NCBI GenBank assembly: GCA_011049175.1
Contig: DSCJ01000063.1
Coordinates: forward strand, 5,504-69,503
Length of the DNA: 64,000 bases
Source: Bacteroidota bacterium
Lineage (GTDB): Bacteria; Bacteroidota; Bacteroidia; Bacteroidales; VadinHA17
Direction of reading: 5' to 3'
Position 1 is the stretch's first letter; the number at the start of each line of letters is the position of its first letter. A program made the position numbers and the translations under genes. This document shows positions 36,970-48,517 of the stretch, one piece after another. A model generated the notes under the pieces. It did not search any database and was not told the origin of the DNA. It saw only the letters and a program-made list of their open reading frames with translations.

Positions 36970-38697
36970 ATGAATAATCTTCGACCAAGGATAAACGATT
37001 ATCTGTACAGGAAAATGGCTGAGGCGCAGGTGGGTCATCCCAGGCGCTCTGCCGGTCAGTTGATCCTGATCCTTCTCAGCATCTGCATTCTCATTCTGCT
37101 GGGAGCCTATTCCATCTATTCTTACATAAAGGGGCACTACCTGAACGCCGCAGTGGATCTGGCAGGTTTTATACTGATGGGTGGCAACCTGCTGCTAACC
37201 CGCACACGCCCTTCTTACCGGTATGGAAAAGTGGTTTTCAGCACTATCTTAATGGCTCTGGGTATTTTCCTGTTTATTCAGGGAGGGATTCATCACCTGG
37301 GATATCTCTGGTCACTGCTTGTTCCCGCCATACTGCTTCTGCTTCTGGGCACAGGAACAGGAACCGTTCTTACATTCGCATATCTTGGATTGCTGATCGT
37401 TTCCATGTTGCTGCCGTCCGACTTTGTCCTTTCATCCACTTATCCGTCCAGTATTGAATTCCGCTTTGTGATAATATACCTCTGCCTGCTGATCATCACC
37501 TATGCATACGAATATCTTAATTTACTGTCTGTCAGCAAGCTGGAGGAATCAATGGAGGAGGTAAAAAAATCAAAGCGGAACAGGGATGAATTCATCTCCA
37601 AACTTTCTCATCAGATCAGGACCCCCCTGAATAATATTGTGGTGCTGGGGAATATTCTTTCCGAATCGAATCTGGGAGAGAAACAGAAAGAGCTGCTTGA
37701 CACCCTGATTGCCAGCACCAACAACCTGGTTGATATTGTTAATAACATTGCCAAGGTTTCAAGCATTGAAATTACGGAACCAGGTAAGCAGGATGCGGTG
37801 TTTGACCTGCAGAAAAGCCTGGAAAACACTGTGGAATTTTTTACCGGCCGCGATCCTCATAAGGTAAAGATCCATATTGAGGTTTCTTCGGAGCTACCCT
37901 CGCGGCTGAAGGGAAATGCCATTCGCCTCCGGCAGATCATTCTGAACCTCATCGAGAATATGATCCAGGGGTGGGGCGACGGAGAACTGCAGGCTTCAAT
38001 ACGGGCCATCCCGGGAAACAGTGACCAGAGCCGGCTCACTGTAAATTTTGAAGTGACAGCGGGAAAAAGACTGAACCTTTCGCTATATTCCCTGCCTGTG
38101 GAGGAGAATAACTCCGGAATGATTGACCTGGGAGTGGCCAGGAGGCTGGTTGAATCAGGGAATGGAAAAATTGACGTAGAGACCGGGAAGGATCAAACCT
38201 ATATACGGTTCAGCCTGTTTTTTCAGAAGGTTGTTCAGGAAAAAGTACCCTCAACAGAGCAGGAAAAAGTGTCACACCTTTACCTGGTGAAGCACCCCGG
38301 CCAGACCAAAACCGAACTCAAAGACGCCAATGTGCTACTGGTGGAAGACAACCTGATCAATCAAAAAATTGTTCAGCTCAGCCTGCAAAAAGTGGTACGT
38401 AACATCGATGTTGCCAATAACGGAAAAGAAGCCCTTGATAAGTTCGGAACCTCGAAATACGATATCATTCTCATGGACATCCAGATGCCCGTGATGGACG
38501 GCCTGATCGCCACACAGAAAATAAGAGAACTGGAATCAAGTACCCATTCGCATGTTCCCATCATTGCCATAACCGCCAATGCTCTGCTGGGCGACAAGGA
38601 AACCTGCCTTACTTCAGGCATGGATGAATACATCAGCAAACCCTTTCAGATGGAAGAGCTGATTGAAAAGATCGAAAACCTGCTTTCGGGCAATTAG
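36970..38697 (+). CDS. membrane-bound hybrid sensor histidine kinase / response regulator (catalytic domain degenerate)
   Basis: The N-terminal region has about six TM helices. The H-box reads FISKLSHQIRTPLNNI and the N-box reads RLRQIILNLIENMIQ. The G1 box position reads FEVTAGKRLN rather than DxGxG. The receiver domain is intact (LLVEDN, DIILMDIQMPVMDG, ISKP). Confidence 0.85.
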   Translation: MNNLRPRINDYLYRKMAEAQVGHPRRSAGQLILILLSICILILLGAYSIYSYIKGHYLNAAVDLAGFILMGGNLLLTRTRPSYRYGKVVFSTILMALGIFLFIQGGIHHLGYLWSLLVPAILLLLLGTGTGTVLTFAYLGLLIVSMLLPSDFVLSSTYPSSIEFRFVIIYLCLLIITYAYEYLNLLSVSKLEESMEEVKKSKRNRDEFISKLSHQIRTPLNNIVVLGNILSESNLGEKQKELLDTLIASTNNLVDIVNNIAKVSSIEITEPGKQDAVFDLQKSLENTVEFFTGRDPHKVKIHIEVSSELPSRLKGNAIRLRQIILNLIENMIQGWGDGELQASIRAIPGNSDQSRLTVNFEVTAGKRLNLSLYSLPVEENNSGMIDLGVARRLVESGNGKIDVETGKDQTYIRFSLFFQKVVQEKVPSTEQEKVSHLYLVKHPGQTKTELKDANVLLVEDNLINQKIVQLSLQKVVRNIDVANNGKEALDKFGTSKYDIILMDIQMPVMDGLIATQKIRELESSTHSHVPIIAITANALLGDKETCLTSGMDEYISKPFQMEELIEKIENLLSGN

Positions 38698-38702
38698 TGG
38701 AA

Positions 38703-41700
38703 TCAGGAGGTTTGATTCAATCCCGGTCTGAAACCGATCACCAGGATATCATCTACCTGTTCATTATCTCCTTTCCAGTGTTCAATAGTTTCGTGCAGGA
38801 TCATGTGCTGTTCCTCCATGGGCAGCTTGTGTATGGTAAGCAATAGATGCCTGAAACGCCGATACATAAATTTTTTCTCGCGTGGCCCTCCGAACTGGTC
38901 AACGTAGCCGTCAGTAAACATATAGATCACATCGTTGGGTTCGATAGGGATAACGTGATTTCTGAATTTGTCCTTCTCCGAATCTTCGGCCAGTCCGACA
39001 AACAACCGGTCTCCTTTCAGTTCGGTAATGGTATCGTCCCGTATCAGGTACACCGGATTAAAAGCCCCGGCAAACTGAAGCAACTGGTTTCTGGTATCAA
39101 TGGCGCAAAAAGAGAGGTCCATGCCGTCTTTCAATGTGATCCTTTCCACCTCCTTGTTAAATGCCTCTGAAATACCTTTGTTCAGTTTGTGGAGTATCTG
39201 GGCAGGTTCGATAATATTTTGCACATTGATAATATTCCTGATCAGTTCAAATCCGATCATCGACATCAGGGCCCCGGGTACTCCGTGACCGGTACAATCC
39301 ACCGCCGCAATGAATATATGATCACCCTTTCTGTTCACCCAGTAAAAATCACCCGAAACAATGTCTTTTGGTTTGAAGAGGATAAAAGAATCGGAAAGGA
39401 TCTGTTTGAACAGCACTGCTGAAGGAAGCATAGCCTCCTGGATTTTCTGGGCATAATTGATGCTGTCGGTAATATTTTTGTTCTTGATGCTGAGTTCTTC
39501 TTTTTGCCTGGCCAGCTCAATGCCCGCCAGTTCTTTTTCTTTAAGGTATTGATTGGCTCTTCGTAATTCGCGCGTACGTATCCTGAAAAACATATACAGC
39601 CAGAACATACCTGTCAGGATATAAAGGGTAATGGCGGTGCGCGTACGAAACACCGATGTCCTGACCACCACCTGCAGGGACGCCCCTTCCGTGTTCCACA
39701 GGTGATCACTGTTAGACCCCCTTACCCTGAAAACATATTTTCCATACGGAAGGTTGGCATAAGTAACCTCCGGCCGGCCCTGTAACCTTACCCATTCCTC
39801 GTCGTATCCTTCCAGTTTGTATTCAAACAGGTTTTTCCGGGGGTTTGTCAAATCAAGAGAAGTAAAATGAAGGGTGAATGATGTATGCCGCTGACTCAGT
39901 GTCAATAATTCAGGAATATCCAGAATGGTTTCCACCCACCTGCCCGAGGTAAAAAGATCCACCCGGGTAATCACTACGTCGGGAATATAGGTGTTGACAT
40001 GTATGGAATCAGGGTAAAAAGAATTAAATCCGAGTACCCCGCCGAAGAACATTTCCCCCGAGGCAGAGCGGTACCCCGCTCCAAGATTGAATTCATTACT
40101 CTGCAACCCGTCAGTGGAATCAAAATGTTTCCACTGCCCTTCGGAAGGCTTATACATGATCAGTCCCCGGTTGGTACTCAGCCACAGGCAACCCTTTTTA
40201 TCCTGTAAGACAGTGTTTATCAGATCGTTTTCTGTAAGATTCATGTCCTTCACCATTACAAATGGCATGGCCTGCATATCCAGGCGGTACAGTCCCAGGT
40301 GGGTACCTGCCCAGAGCACACTGTCTCCTGAAACGTCAAGGCTCAGCACCTGCACCTGATGCGACAGGTTCATGCCTTCGTTACCCGATATGGCTATATG
40401 ATCCAATCGTGCCGACTGAAAATCAAGCCGGTACAACCCCTGTCCTGTGCCGAACCATATGTTCCCCCCATGATCCTCAACCAGGCTGAACACATGTTCT
40501 TCCCATTCTTCTGTTCCTTCACCGGCAGGAGGAAAAATCTTCACCAGTTTTCCGCTTTTCGGAGAATACCTGAAAACTCCCCTGTCGGCCCCCATCCAGA
40601 TCATTCCGTTACGGTCTTCCATCATGCTGTGGATCATTTTACCAGCCATGGATTCAGTCCCGTGATCCTGCACAGGAACGGTAAACGGGATAAAATTACG
40701 GCTTCCCTGATAACATACTTCCAGTCCCAGGTCAGAACCCAGCCATATATTCCCGCTGCTGTCCATCCAGAGCACCCGTACGTCATTACTCTGTATTCTT
40801 CGTCCTGATCCGGATCCGTAATGCCTCACAATCCTGTTCTGATTTCTGTCAATCACATCCACTCCATTACCGTAGGAAGCCACCCATATTCGCCCTTCCG
40901 TATCTTCCAGGATGGAAGAAATGTTCAAACCAAACATACCGGGATAACTCTGTGGAGAGCGGTTGTACTTTTTGAATTTTCCGGGTTTGATATCATATTT
41001 TGCAATCCCGCCACGCATTGCAAACCACAGAATCATCGATTTGTCGCATACAATATCATACACATTCATGATATCGAGCTGATTTCCCACGTAAGATATA
41101 TGATAAAACGGAATCGTCCGGCTGCGTGAAGCATTCACCCGGAACAGGCCGTGCTGTGTTCCCACCCACATTCGACGCGCCGTATCCATACACAGTGTCA
41201 GCACGTCGGTGATTTTCTCTTTCATTCCGATACTCTCCAGACCCCGGTTTTCAAATTTATAACGATACAATCCACCGCGTGTACCGATCCAGAGAATGCT
41301 GTCTCCCTCCGGATACAGGGCGGTTACCTGACGGACCGGGTCTTCCGGGATCATTTCCCATGCATTGCTTTCAGGCTTCAGAAGATATACTCCATTCCCG
41401 GCCCCGATAAAAAAGCGACCATCGGGACATTCTGCCATTGCCTCCGGAACTTTCCCCTTTGTGTATACATATGCTTCGGCAGGAAGGCGGTAGGTTTCGA
41501 AATCACCGGTTCCGGGCCAGTAGCGCTGTATATGCTCGGAGGTGCGCACCCACACGTATCCGCGGGGAGAAACCCTGACGGCGTATACCGTTTCCCCTGC
41601 CAGGCCTTCGTTCTCCTGTTCACCGGGCAACAGAACGGAAAATTTCCCGGTTTCTTCATGGTAAATGTTCAGGCCGTTCCGGGTACCCAGATAAAGGATC

Positions 41701-41999
41701 CCTTCTTCAGAAGAAGAAAGGGAATAGATGTAGTTGCTTGAAACCGACTGGCTGTCGGCCATAGAATGCCGGTAAATTCTGAAATTGTAACCGTCATAGC
41801 GATTCAGGCCATCTTCCGTACCCACCCACAGAAATCCATGGTGGTCGACCTCCACTGCATTTACTCGTGACTGCGACAAACCCTCATTTACGGAAAACAG
41901 ATGTAAATTCTCCGTTCCTGGTACCTGTCCCCGGGCCACCTGGCTGATCAACAAAACCCCCAGCCGGACATACTTCAGGTAAATGCCGCTTCTTCCCAT
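38703..41999 (-). CDS. sensor protein: periplasmic two-component-regulator propeller repeats + Y_Y_Y domain, one TM helix, cytoplasmic PP2C/SpoIIE phosphatase
   Basis: 1098 aa. Many WVGT/WIGT..GL.RY propeller repeats are present. The TM helix is AITLYILTGMFWLYMFF and is followed by a coiled coil. The C-terminal region has SGDFYW...AAVDCTGHGVPGA...FTDGYVDQ, which is the PP2C/SpoIIE signature. Confidence 0.85.
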   Translation of the reverse strand: MGRSGIYLKYVRLGVLLISQVARGQVPGTENLHLFSVNEGLSQSRVNAVEVDHHGFLWVGTEDGLNRYDGYNFRIYRHSMADSQSVSSNYIYSLSSSEEGILYLGTRNGLNIYHEETGKFSVLLPGEQENEGLAGETVYAVRVSPRGYVWVRTSEHIQRYWPGTGDFETYRLPAEAYVYTKGKVPEAMAECPDGRFFIGAGNGVYLLKPESNAWEMIPEDPVRQVTALYPEGDSILWIGTRGGLYRYKFENRGLESIGMKEKITDVLTLCMDTARRMWVGTQHGLFRVNASRSRTIPFYHISYVGNQLDIMNVYDIVCDKSMILWFAMRGGIAKYDIKPGKFKKYNRSPQSYPGMFGLNISSILEDTEGRIWVASYGNGVDVIDRNQNRIVRHYGSGSGRRIQSNDVRVLWMDSSGNIWLGSDLGLEVCYQGSRNFIPFTVPVQDHGTESMAGKMIHSMMEDRNGMIWMGADRGVFRYSPKSGKLVKIFPPAGEGTEEWEEHVFSLVEDHGGNIWFGTGQGLYRLDFQSARLDHIAISGNEGMNLSHQVQVLSLDVSGDSVLWAGTHLGLYRLDMQAMPFVMVKDMNLTENDLINTVLQDKKGCLWLSTNRGLIMYKPSEGQWKHFDSTDGLQSNEFNLGAGYRSASGEMFFGGVLGFNSFYPDSIHVNTYIPDVVITRVDLFTSGRWVETILDIPELLTLSQRHTSFTLHFTSLDLTNPRKNLFEYKLEGYDEEWVRLQGRPEVTYANLPYGKYVFRVRGSNSDHLWNTEGASLQVVVRTSVFRTRTAITLYILTGMFWLYMFFRIRTRELRRANQYLKEKELAGIELARQKEELSIKNKNITDSINYAQKIQEAMLPSAVLFKQILSDSFILFKPKDIVSGDFYWVNRKGDHIFIAAVDCTGHGVPGALMSMIGFELIRNIINVQNIIEPAQILHKLNKGISEAFNKEVERITLKDGMDLSFCAIDTRNQLLQFAGAFNPVYLIRDDTITELKGDRLFVGLAEDSEKDKFRNHVIPIEPNDVIYMFTDGYVDQFGGPREKKFMYRRFRHLLLTIHKLPMEEQHMILHETIEHWKGDNEQVDDILVIGFRPGLNQTS

Positions 42000-42104
42000 G
42001 GTTATGTGACGAAATTAGCATTATTTGGCATTATTCCCAACCCATGGGAAGGCCCCTGCACCATGATTTATATCACCGTGGGGGAGAAAAGAAGAGGTTT
42101 ATTG

Positions 42105-43412
42105 TCATTTTTTTTCTGCCTGTTCCAGAAACCATTCAAGAGTTTGCGATGAGGGTCTTTCAATGGGAAGGCCAAAAACCCGGTCCCACACCAGCTGGGA
42201 AAGCACCCCCAGAGCCCTTGAAACACCGAACAGCACGGTATAGAAATCGTATTCCTTTATACCGTATGCCAGCAACAGGGCCCCGGAATGAGCATCTACA
42301 TTGGGCCAGGGATTTTTGATTTTCTGGTAGGTTTTCAATACCTCGGGCACTACTTCATACAGGCATCCCACCGCCTGGATCAGGGGATTGTTAGGCAGGT
42401 ATTTCAGGGCAAATTCACGCTGCACCAGAAACCGCGGATCGGTCTTTCTCAACACCGCATGGCCGTAACCCGGCACCACTCTTCCAGATTCAATGGTCTT
42501 CACCACATATTCACGTATCCTTTCCTTGGAATCGCACACATAGCCTATTTCTTCTATCATTTTCTGCAACCACCTGATCACTTCCTGGTTAGCCAGTCCG
42601 TGCAGGGGTCCTGCCAGTCCGGCCATGGCTGCCCCGAAAGCATAATAAGGATTGCTGAGTGCCGATCCCACCAGATGGGTGGTATGGGCCGACACATTTC
42701 CTCCTTCGTGGTCGGCATGTATGTAAAGATACATACGAAACAACCGTTTCACTTCTTCATTGTCGTACCCCATCATGTGTGCAAAATTACCGGCCCAGTC
42801 CAGGTAATGGTCGGCCTCTATCTGCATATTCTGGTGGTACAGCCTTCGGTAGATATAAGAAGCAATGCGGGGTAACCGGGCTACCAGATTCATCACATCT
42901 TCAAAGGCAGGTTCCCAGATGTCCTTTTTGCCGATTCCCTCACGATATGCCTTCTGAAAACGTGATTCTGTGGCCATGGCTATGATAGCTGCGCTGAAGA
43001 TGGTCATAGGCTTGGCTGTCAGGGGCATGGCATCGATCACATCGAAAACATGCTTGGGCACCTGTGACCGCATATTCAGTTCCCGGCTTACCATATCCAC
43101 CTGTGCTTTATCGGGTAATTCACCCATCAGCATTAAATAGAACAGTCCTTCGGGCAAAGGCTCCCCTTCAGGGTGCAGTTTGGGAAGATTTTTGTGCAGT
43201 TCGGGAATGGAGTATCCCCTGAAACGTATTCCCTCTTCGGGGTCAAGCTTGGAGGTAACTGTAAGTAAGCTGACCACTCCCTTCATTCCTGAAAGGACAT
43301 TTCCAATGGTCACTTCTCCGAGAACTTTGTCTCCATGTTCCCGGGCAAGTTCTTTAACTTTGTCAGCCTGCGGCAGGGCTATCCGTGCAAATTTTTCCTT
43401 TAATGATTCCAT
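42105..43412 (-). CDS. gltA: citrate synthase
   Basis: 435 aa. The sequences LYIHADHEGGNVSAHT and GPLHGLANQEV are citrate synthase active-site blocks. Confidence 0.95.
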   Translation of the reverse strand: MESLKEKFARIALPQADKVKELAREHGDKVLGEVTIGNVLSGMKGVVSLLTVTSKLDPEEGIRFRGYSIPELHKNLPKLHPEGEPLPEGLFYLMLMGELPDKAQVDMVSRELNMRSQVPKHVFDVIDAMPLTAKPMTIFSAAIIAMATESRFQKAYREGIGKKDIWEPAFEDVMNLVARLPRIASYIYRRLYHQNMQIEADHYLDWAGNFAHMMGYDNEEVKRLFRMYLYIHADHEGGNVSAHTTHLVGSALSNPYYAFGAAMAGLAGPLHGLANQEVIRWLQKMIEEIGYVCDSKERIREYVVKTIESGRVVPGYGHAVLRKTDPRFLVQREFALKYLPNNPLIQAVGCLYEVVPEVLKTYQKIKNPWPNVDAHSGALLLAYGIKEYDFYTVLFGVSRALGVLSQLVWDRVFGLPIERPSSQTLEWFLEQAEKK

Positions 43413-43493
43413 AAGGCAGGGAAGGTTAAACTACAGTATTACATAAAATTACTAATGATTGACCATATATCCTATGGTAACGAACAGTAACCA

Positions 43494-43522
43494 TCAAAAA
43501 AAAGGATGGCTGCCGGCCATCC
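43494..43522 (-). terminator. rho-independent terminator downstream of eno
   Basis: A 9-bp stem (aaggatggc at 43500-43508 pairing with gccatcctt at 43514-43522) has a 5-nt loop. A plus-strand A8 run gives a U-tract on the minus-strand transcript. Confidence 0.7.
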
Positions 43523-43550
43523 TTACTAACAACCCTGTACGGAAAATTGT

Positions 43551-44861
<1,311 letters not shown>

Positions 44862-44892
44862 TTAATTTTGAATGAGTCGTTAAAAATACAAC

Positions 44893-44926
44893 AAAAAAAG
44901 GGACCGAACAATATGTCCCGTCCCTT
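44893..44926 (-). terminator. rho-independent terminator at the end of the ribosomal superoperon (after rplQ)
   Basis: aagggac (44898-44904) pairs with gtccctt (44920-44926); a shorter alternative is gggac/gtccc. A plus-strand A7 run at 44893-44899 gives a U-tract on the minus-strand transcript. Confidence 0.55.
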
Positions 44927-44948
44927 CTTGGTTTTTGTCATCCGCCTC

Positions 44949-45704
44949 TCAGGATTCCTTCTTCTCTTCATCCTCCTTCTGGTCACCAGAGGGTTCGGTA
45001 TTTTCTTCTTTCTCTGTTTCTGTTTCTTTTGCCTGCGCCTCAGGGGTTTGCTTTTCTTTCTTTTCTTCTTTCTCTTCCTCTTTTTCTTCCACCGGCTTTG
45101 CTTCCGTTTTCTGTTCTTCGGTCTCTGTTTCCGTTTCGGAAGCAGGTTCCTGCCCGGTGTGGCCGGCAGCTTCTTCCGTTGTTTCCTCTTCCCTTACGGC
45201 AGCTGCGGTTTTTTCTTCCTTTTCAGCCGGAGTTTTTGCCTCCTCTTTTTTCCCTTCCTGAACCGCCTGGCTTTCCTGTTTTTTCTTTCCACCTCTTCTG
45301 CGGCGTGAGGTTTTTTGTTTCGGCTCTTCAGTCCCCAGCATAGCTTCGTTGTAATCCACCAGCTCAATCACACACATATCGGCATTGTCCCCCTGCCTGT
45401 TCCCGATTTTCAGAATCCGGGTATACCCCCCGGGCCGGTCACCCACTTTTGCCGCCACTTCGCGGAACAATTCCGTAACAGCATTTTTATCCTGCAGATA
45501 ACTGAATACCACCCTGCGCGAGTGGGTCGTATCTTCTTTTGAACGGGTGATCAAAGGTTCCACATAGGTTCGCAGGGCTTTGGCCTTTGCTGTAGTAGTG
45601 GTAATGCGTTTATGAATGATCAGCGAACTGGCCATATTGGCCAGCATAGCCCTGCGGTGCGAAGTGGTTCTGCTCAGATGATTAAAACCTTTCCTGTGTC
45701 TCAT
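44949..45704 (-). CDS. rplQ: 50S ribosomal protein L17 with a long acidic low-complexity C-terminal extension
   Basis: The L17 core is [29 protein letters not shown]...[22 protein letters not shown]. About 125 further residues are rich in E/K/T. Confidence 0.93.
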   Translation of the reverse strand: MRHRKGFNHLSRTTSHRRAMLANMASSLIIHKRITTTTAKAKALRTYVEPLITRSKEDTTHSRRVVFSYLQDKNAVTELFREVAAKVGDRPGGYTRILKIGNRQGDNADMCVIELVDYNEAMLGTEEPKQKTSRRRRGGKKKQESQAVQEGKKEEAKTPAEKEEKTAAAVREEETTEEAAGHTGQEPASETETETEEQKTEAKPVEEKEEEKEEKKEKQTPEAQAKETETEKEENTEPSGDQKEDEEKKES

Positions 45705-45708
45705 TTTC

Positions 45709-46701
45709 CTAATCCTTGTCTAATTTATACTTGCTGGTATCCATCCCGAAATTAAGGTTCATGCTTTCCAGAAGTTCATCCAGTTCTGTGAGCGATTTTT
45801 TTCCGAAATTCCTGAATTTCAGCAGATCGTTCCGGTTGAACTTCACCAGATCGCCCAGGGTTTCCACTTCTGCCGCCTTAAGGCAGTTCAGTGCCCTGAC
45901 AGACAGATCCAGATCAACCAGTTTGGTTTTCAGCAACTGCCGCATATGCAGGATTTCTTCATCGAACTCCTCGTTGGCGAATTTCTCATCCGAATCAAGG
46001 GTGATTTTCTCGTCAGAGAACAACATGAAATGGTAGATCAGTATCTTGGCCGCTTCCTTCAGAGCATCCTTGGGATGGACCGATCCGTCGGTAGTGATTT
46101 CGATCAGCAGTTTTTCATAGTCGGTTTTCTGTTCCACCCGGTAATTCTCCACCGTATATTTCACATTCTTGATGGGGGTAAAAATGGAATCCAGGGGGAT
46201 CAGGCCGAACTCAGCCTCAACCGGCTTGTTCTCCTCGGCAGGAACATACCCTCGGCCTTTCTGGATGGTAAGTTCCATCTGCAGTTTCACATCGGGTTCC
46301 AGGTGGCAGATCAGCTGATCAGGGTTCAGCACCTCGAACCCGCTGAGGAACTTGTTCAGGTCACCGGCTTTAAAAACCGACTGACCGGAAATATTCACCA
46401 CCAGTTTTTCATCTTCAATTTCATCAATCAGTTTCTTGAACCTGACCTGTTTCAGGTTGAGTACTATTTCGGTAACATCCTCCATTACCCCCTTGATGGT
46501 GGAAAACTCATGTTCCACTCCTTCAATTTTGAGGGTGGTAAAGGCATACCCTTCGAGGGAAGACAACAGAATACGTCTGAGAGCATTCCCGACGGTAATA
46601 CCATAGCCTGGTTCCAGTGGTCTGAACTCGAACTTCCCGAAGGAGCCGGTTGCTTCCACCATAATTACCTTGTCGGGTTTCTGAAATGCAAGAATAGCCA
46701 T
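45709..46701 (-). CDS. rpoA: DNA-directed RNA polymerase subunit alpha
   Basis: The N-terminal domain contains [26 protein letters not shown]. The C-terminal domain contains [23 protein letters not shown]. Confidence 0.97.
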   Translation of the reverse strand: MAILAFQKPDKVIMVEATGSFGKFEFRPLEPGYGITVGNALRRILLSSLEGYAFTTLKIEGVEHEFSTIKGVMEDVTEIVLNLKQVRFKKLIDEIEDEKLVVNISGQSVFKAGDLNKFLSGFEVLNPDQLICHLEPDVKLQMELTIQKGRGYVPAEENKPVEAEFGLIPLDSIFTPIKNVKYTVENYRVEQKTDYEKLLIEITTDGSVHPKDALKEAAKILIYHFMLFSDEKITLDSDEKFANEEFDEEILHMRQLLKTKLVDLDLSVRALNCLKAAEVETLGDLVKFNRNDLLKFRNFGKKSLTELDELLESMNLNFGMDTSKYKLDKD

Positions 46702-46719
46702 AAAGCGTGGATTGGATTT

Positions 46720-47328
46720 TTATTTAGAATACAGTTCAACGATCAGTTGTTCCTTGATATTTTCAGGAATATCGCTACGTTCCGGTATGCTCATAAATTT
46801 TCCCGCCATTTGCGACTGGTCCCACTCCAGCCAGCTGTACCGGGAACGATTGGCTCCCCGCAGCGATTCGGTAATGGCAGCAAGCGATTTTGATTTTTCC
46901 CTCACACCAATTATATCGCCGGGTTTCAGGAGGTAGGACGGCACATTAACCACCTCCCCGTTCACCGTAATATGCCGGTGGCTGACAAGCTGCCGGGCTG
47001 CGGCGCGGGTAGGGGCAATGCCCAGGCGGTACACCACGTTATCAAGCCTTGACTCGAGCATCTGGAGAAGCACCTCACCGGTTACACCTTTGGCCCTGGA
47101 AGCATGTTCAAACAGATTACGGAACTGTTTTTCCAGGATCCCGTAAGTATATTTAGCCTTTTGCTTTTCTTTGAGCTGAATACCGTATTCAGACAGTTTT
47201 CTCCTTCTTTTGTTCTGTCCATGGAATCCCGGCGGGTAATTCTTCTTTTCAAATGATCGATCGGGCCCGAAGATCGGATCACCGAATTTCCGGGCAATTT
47301 TTGTTCTGGGTCCTCTATATCTTGCCAT
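46720..47328 (-). CDS. rpsD: 30S ribosomal protein S4
   Basis: The N-terminus is [16 protein letters not shown] and an S4 RNA-binding domain is present. The gene sits in the alpha-operon position. Confidence 0.97.
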   Translation of the reverse strand: MARYRGPRTKIARKFGDPIFGPDRSFEKKNYPPGFHGQNKRRRKLSEYGIQLKEKQKAKYTYGILEKQFRNLFEHASRAKGVTGEVLLQMLESRLDNVVYRLGIAPTRAAARQLVSHRHITVNGEVVNVPSYLLKPGDIIGVREKSKSLAAITESLRGANRSRYSWLEWDQSQMAGKFMSIPERSDIPENIKEQLIVELYSK

Positions 47329-47349
47329 GAATCTACTGTTTGTTTTCGT

Positions 47350-47739
47350 TTACACTCTCCTTCTCTTGGGTGGCCTGCATCCGTTATGGGGAATGGGGGT
47401 AACATCCACAATTTCCGCGACTTCAATGCCGGAAGAATGGATGGTTCTGATAGCACTTTCCCTTCCCGATCCGGGCCCCTTTACAAACACCTTCACTTTA
47501 CGCAATCCCAGGTCATAGGCTACCTTGGCACAATCGGCCGCAGCCATCTGGGCAGCGTAAGGGGTATTTTTCTTCGATCCCCGGAAACCCATTTTACCGG
47601 CCGAAGACCAGGAAATGACCTGCCCCGAATTGTTGGTAAGGGAGATGATAATATTATTGAACGAAGCATGGATATGAGCCTGACCAATGGGCTCAATCTT
47701 CACCACTTTTTTCCTCGTTGTTCCTGTTTTCTTAGCCAT
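47350..47739 (-). CDS. rpsK: 30S ribosomal protein S11
   Basis: The sequence is ...[18 protein letters not shown]...[16 protein letters not shown]. Confidence 0.97.
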   Translation of the reverse strand: MAKKTGTTRKKVVKIEPIGQAHIHASFNNIIISLTNNSGQVISWSSAGKMGFRGSKKNTPYAAQMAAADCAKVAYDLGLRKVKVFVKGPGSGRESAIRTIHSSGIEVAEIVDVTPIPHNGCRPPKRRRV

Positions 47740-47746
47740 AATTCAA

Positions 47747-48124
47747 TTATTTGGTCGCTTTCTTTTTGTTGGCAACGGTTTTCTTTCTTCCTTTCCGGGT
47801 ACGGGCATTGGTCTGGGTACGCTGACCCCTTACCGGCATACCGGTACGGTGCCTTATTCCGCGATAACAACCAATATCCATCAGCCGTTTGATGTTCATC
47901 TGAACAGAAGATCTCAGTTCCCCTTCCACTTTATACTGTTCGTTCAGAATGGAACGGATCCGGGTGATCTGTTCGTCGGTCCAGTCTTTTACTTTAATAT
48001 CCTTATCTACACCGGCCTGGGCCAGGATCTTCTGGGCGGAGGACCTGCCAATTCCGTAGATATAGGTCAGGCCGATTTCCCCCCGTTTGTTTTTTGGTAA
48101 ATCTACTCCGACAATTCTAGCCAT
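47747..48124 (-). CDS. rpsM: 30S ribosomal protein S13
   Basis: The sequence is [26 protein letters not shown]... Confidence 0.97.
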   Translation of the reverse strand: MARIVGVDLPKNKRGEIGLTYIYGIGRSSAQKILAQAGVDKDIKVKDWTDEQITRIRSILNEQYKVEGELRSSVQMNIKRLMDIGCYRGIRHRTGMPVRGQRTQTNARTRKGRKKTVANKKKATK

Positions 48125-48158
48125 AAGTATATTGCATTAATATTGAATATTCTTCTTC

Positions 48159-48275
48159 CTATCCCTGACGCTGTTTGAACTTGGGATTTTTCTTGTTGAT
48201 GACGTACAACCGTCCCTTGCGCCTGACAATTTTGCAGTCGGCGCTGCGTTTTTTCACTGAAGCTTTTACTTTCAT
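48159..48275 (-). CDS. rpmJ: 50S ribosomal protein L36
   Basis: This gene is not in the ORF track because it is 38 aa. ATG 48275 to TAG 48161-48159 gives [38 protein letters not shown]. It lies between infA and rpsM. Confidence 0.93.
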   Translation of the reverse strand: MKVKASVKKRSADCKIVRRKGRLYVINKKNPKFKQRQG

Positions 48276-48296
48276 CGGTTCCTCAATCTAGTATTT

Positions 48297-48515
48297 CTAT
48301 TTGTACCTGAATGTTATTCGTCCCTTGGTCAAATCGTAGGGTGACATCTCCACTTTCACACGGTCGCCCGGAAGGATCTTGATATAATTCATCCGCATTT
48401 TTCCGGAGATATGCGCCGTGATCACATGGCCGTTCTCCAGTTCCACCCGGAACATGGCATTGGAAAGAGCTTCAATGATTGTGCCGTCCTGTTCGATAGA
48501 TGGTTGTTTTGGCAT
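48297..48515 (-). CDS. infA: translation initiation factor IF-1
   Basis: 72 aa with an S1-like fold: ...[35 protein letters not shown]. Confidence 0.97.
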   Translation of the reverse strand: MPKQPSIEQDGTIIEALSNAMFRVELENGHVITAHISGKMRMNYIKILPGDRVKVEMSPYDLTKGRITFRYK

Positions 48516-48517
48516 AC

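Noticed and set aside
36829-37137. A 102-aa minus-strand ORF overlaps the start of the hybrid kinase gene.
   Set aside because: It overlaps a well-supported gene on the other strand. It has no signal, family or promoter evidence.
48159-48275. L36 has lost three of the four Zn ligands (one Cys left; CxxC...C...H has become S..C...N...F).
   Set aside because: From memory, this Cys-poor L36 is the normal form in Bacteroidota main operons. It is therefore not a novelty of this genome.
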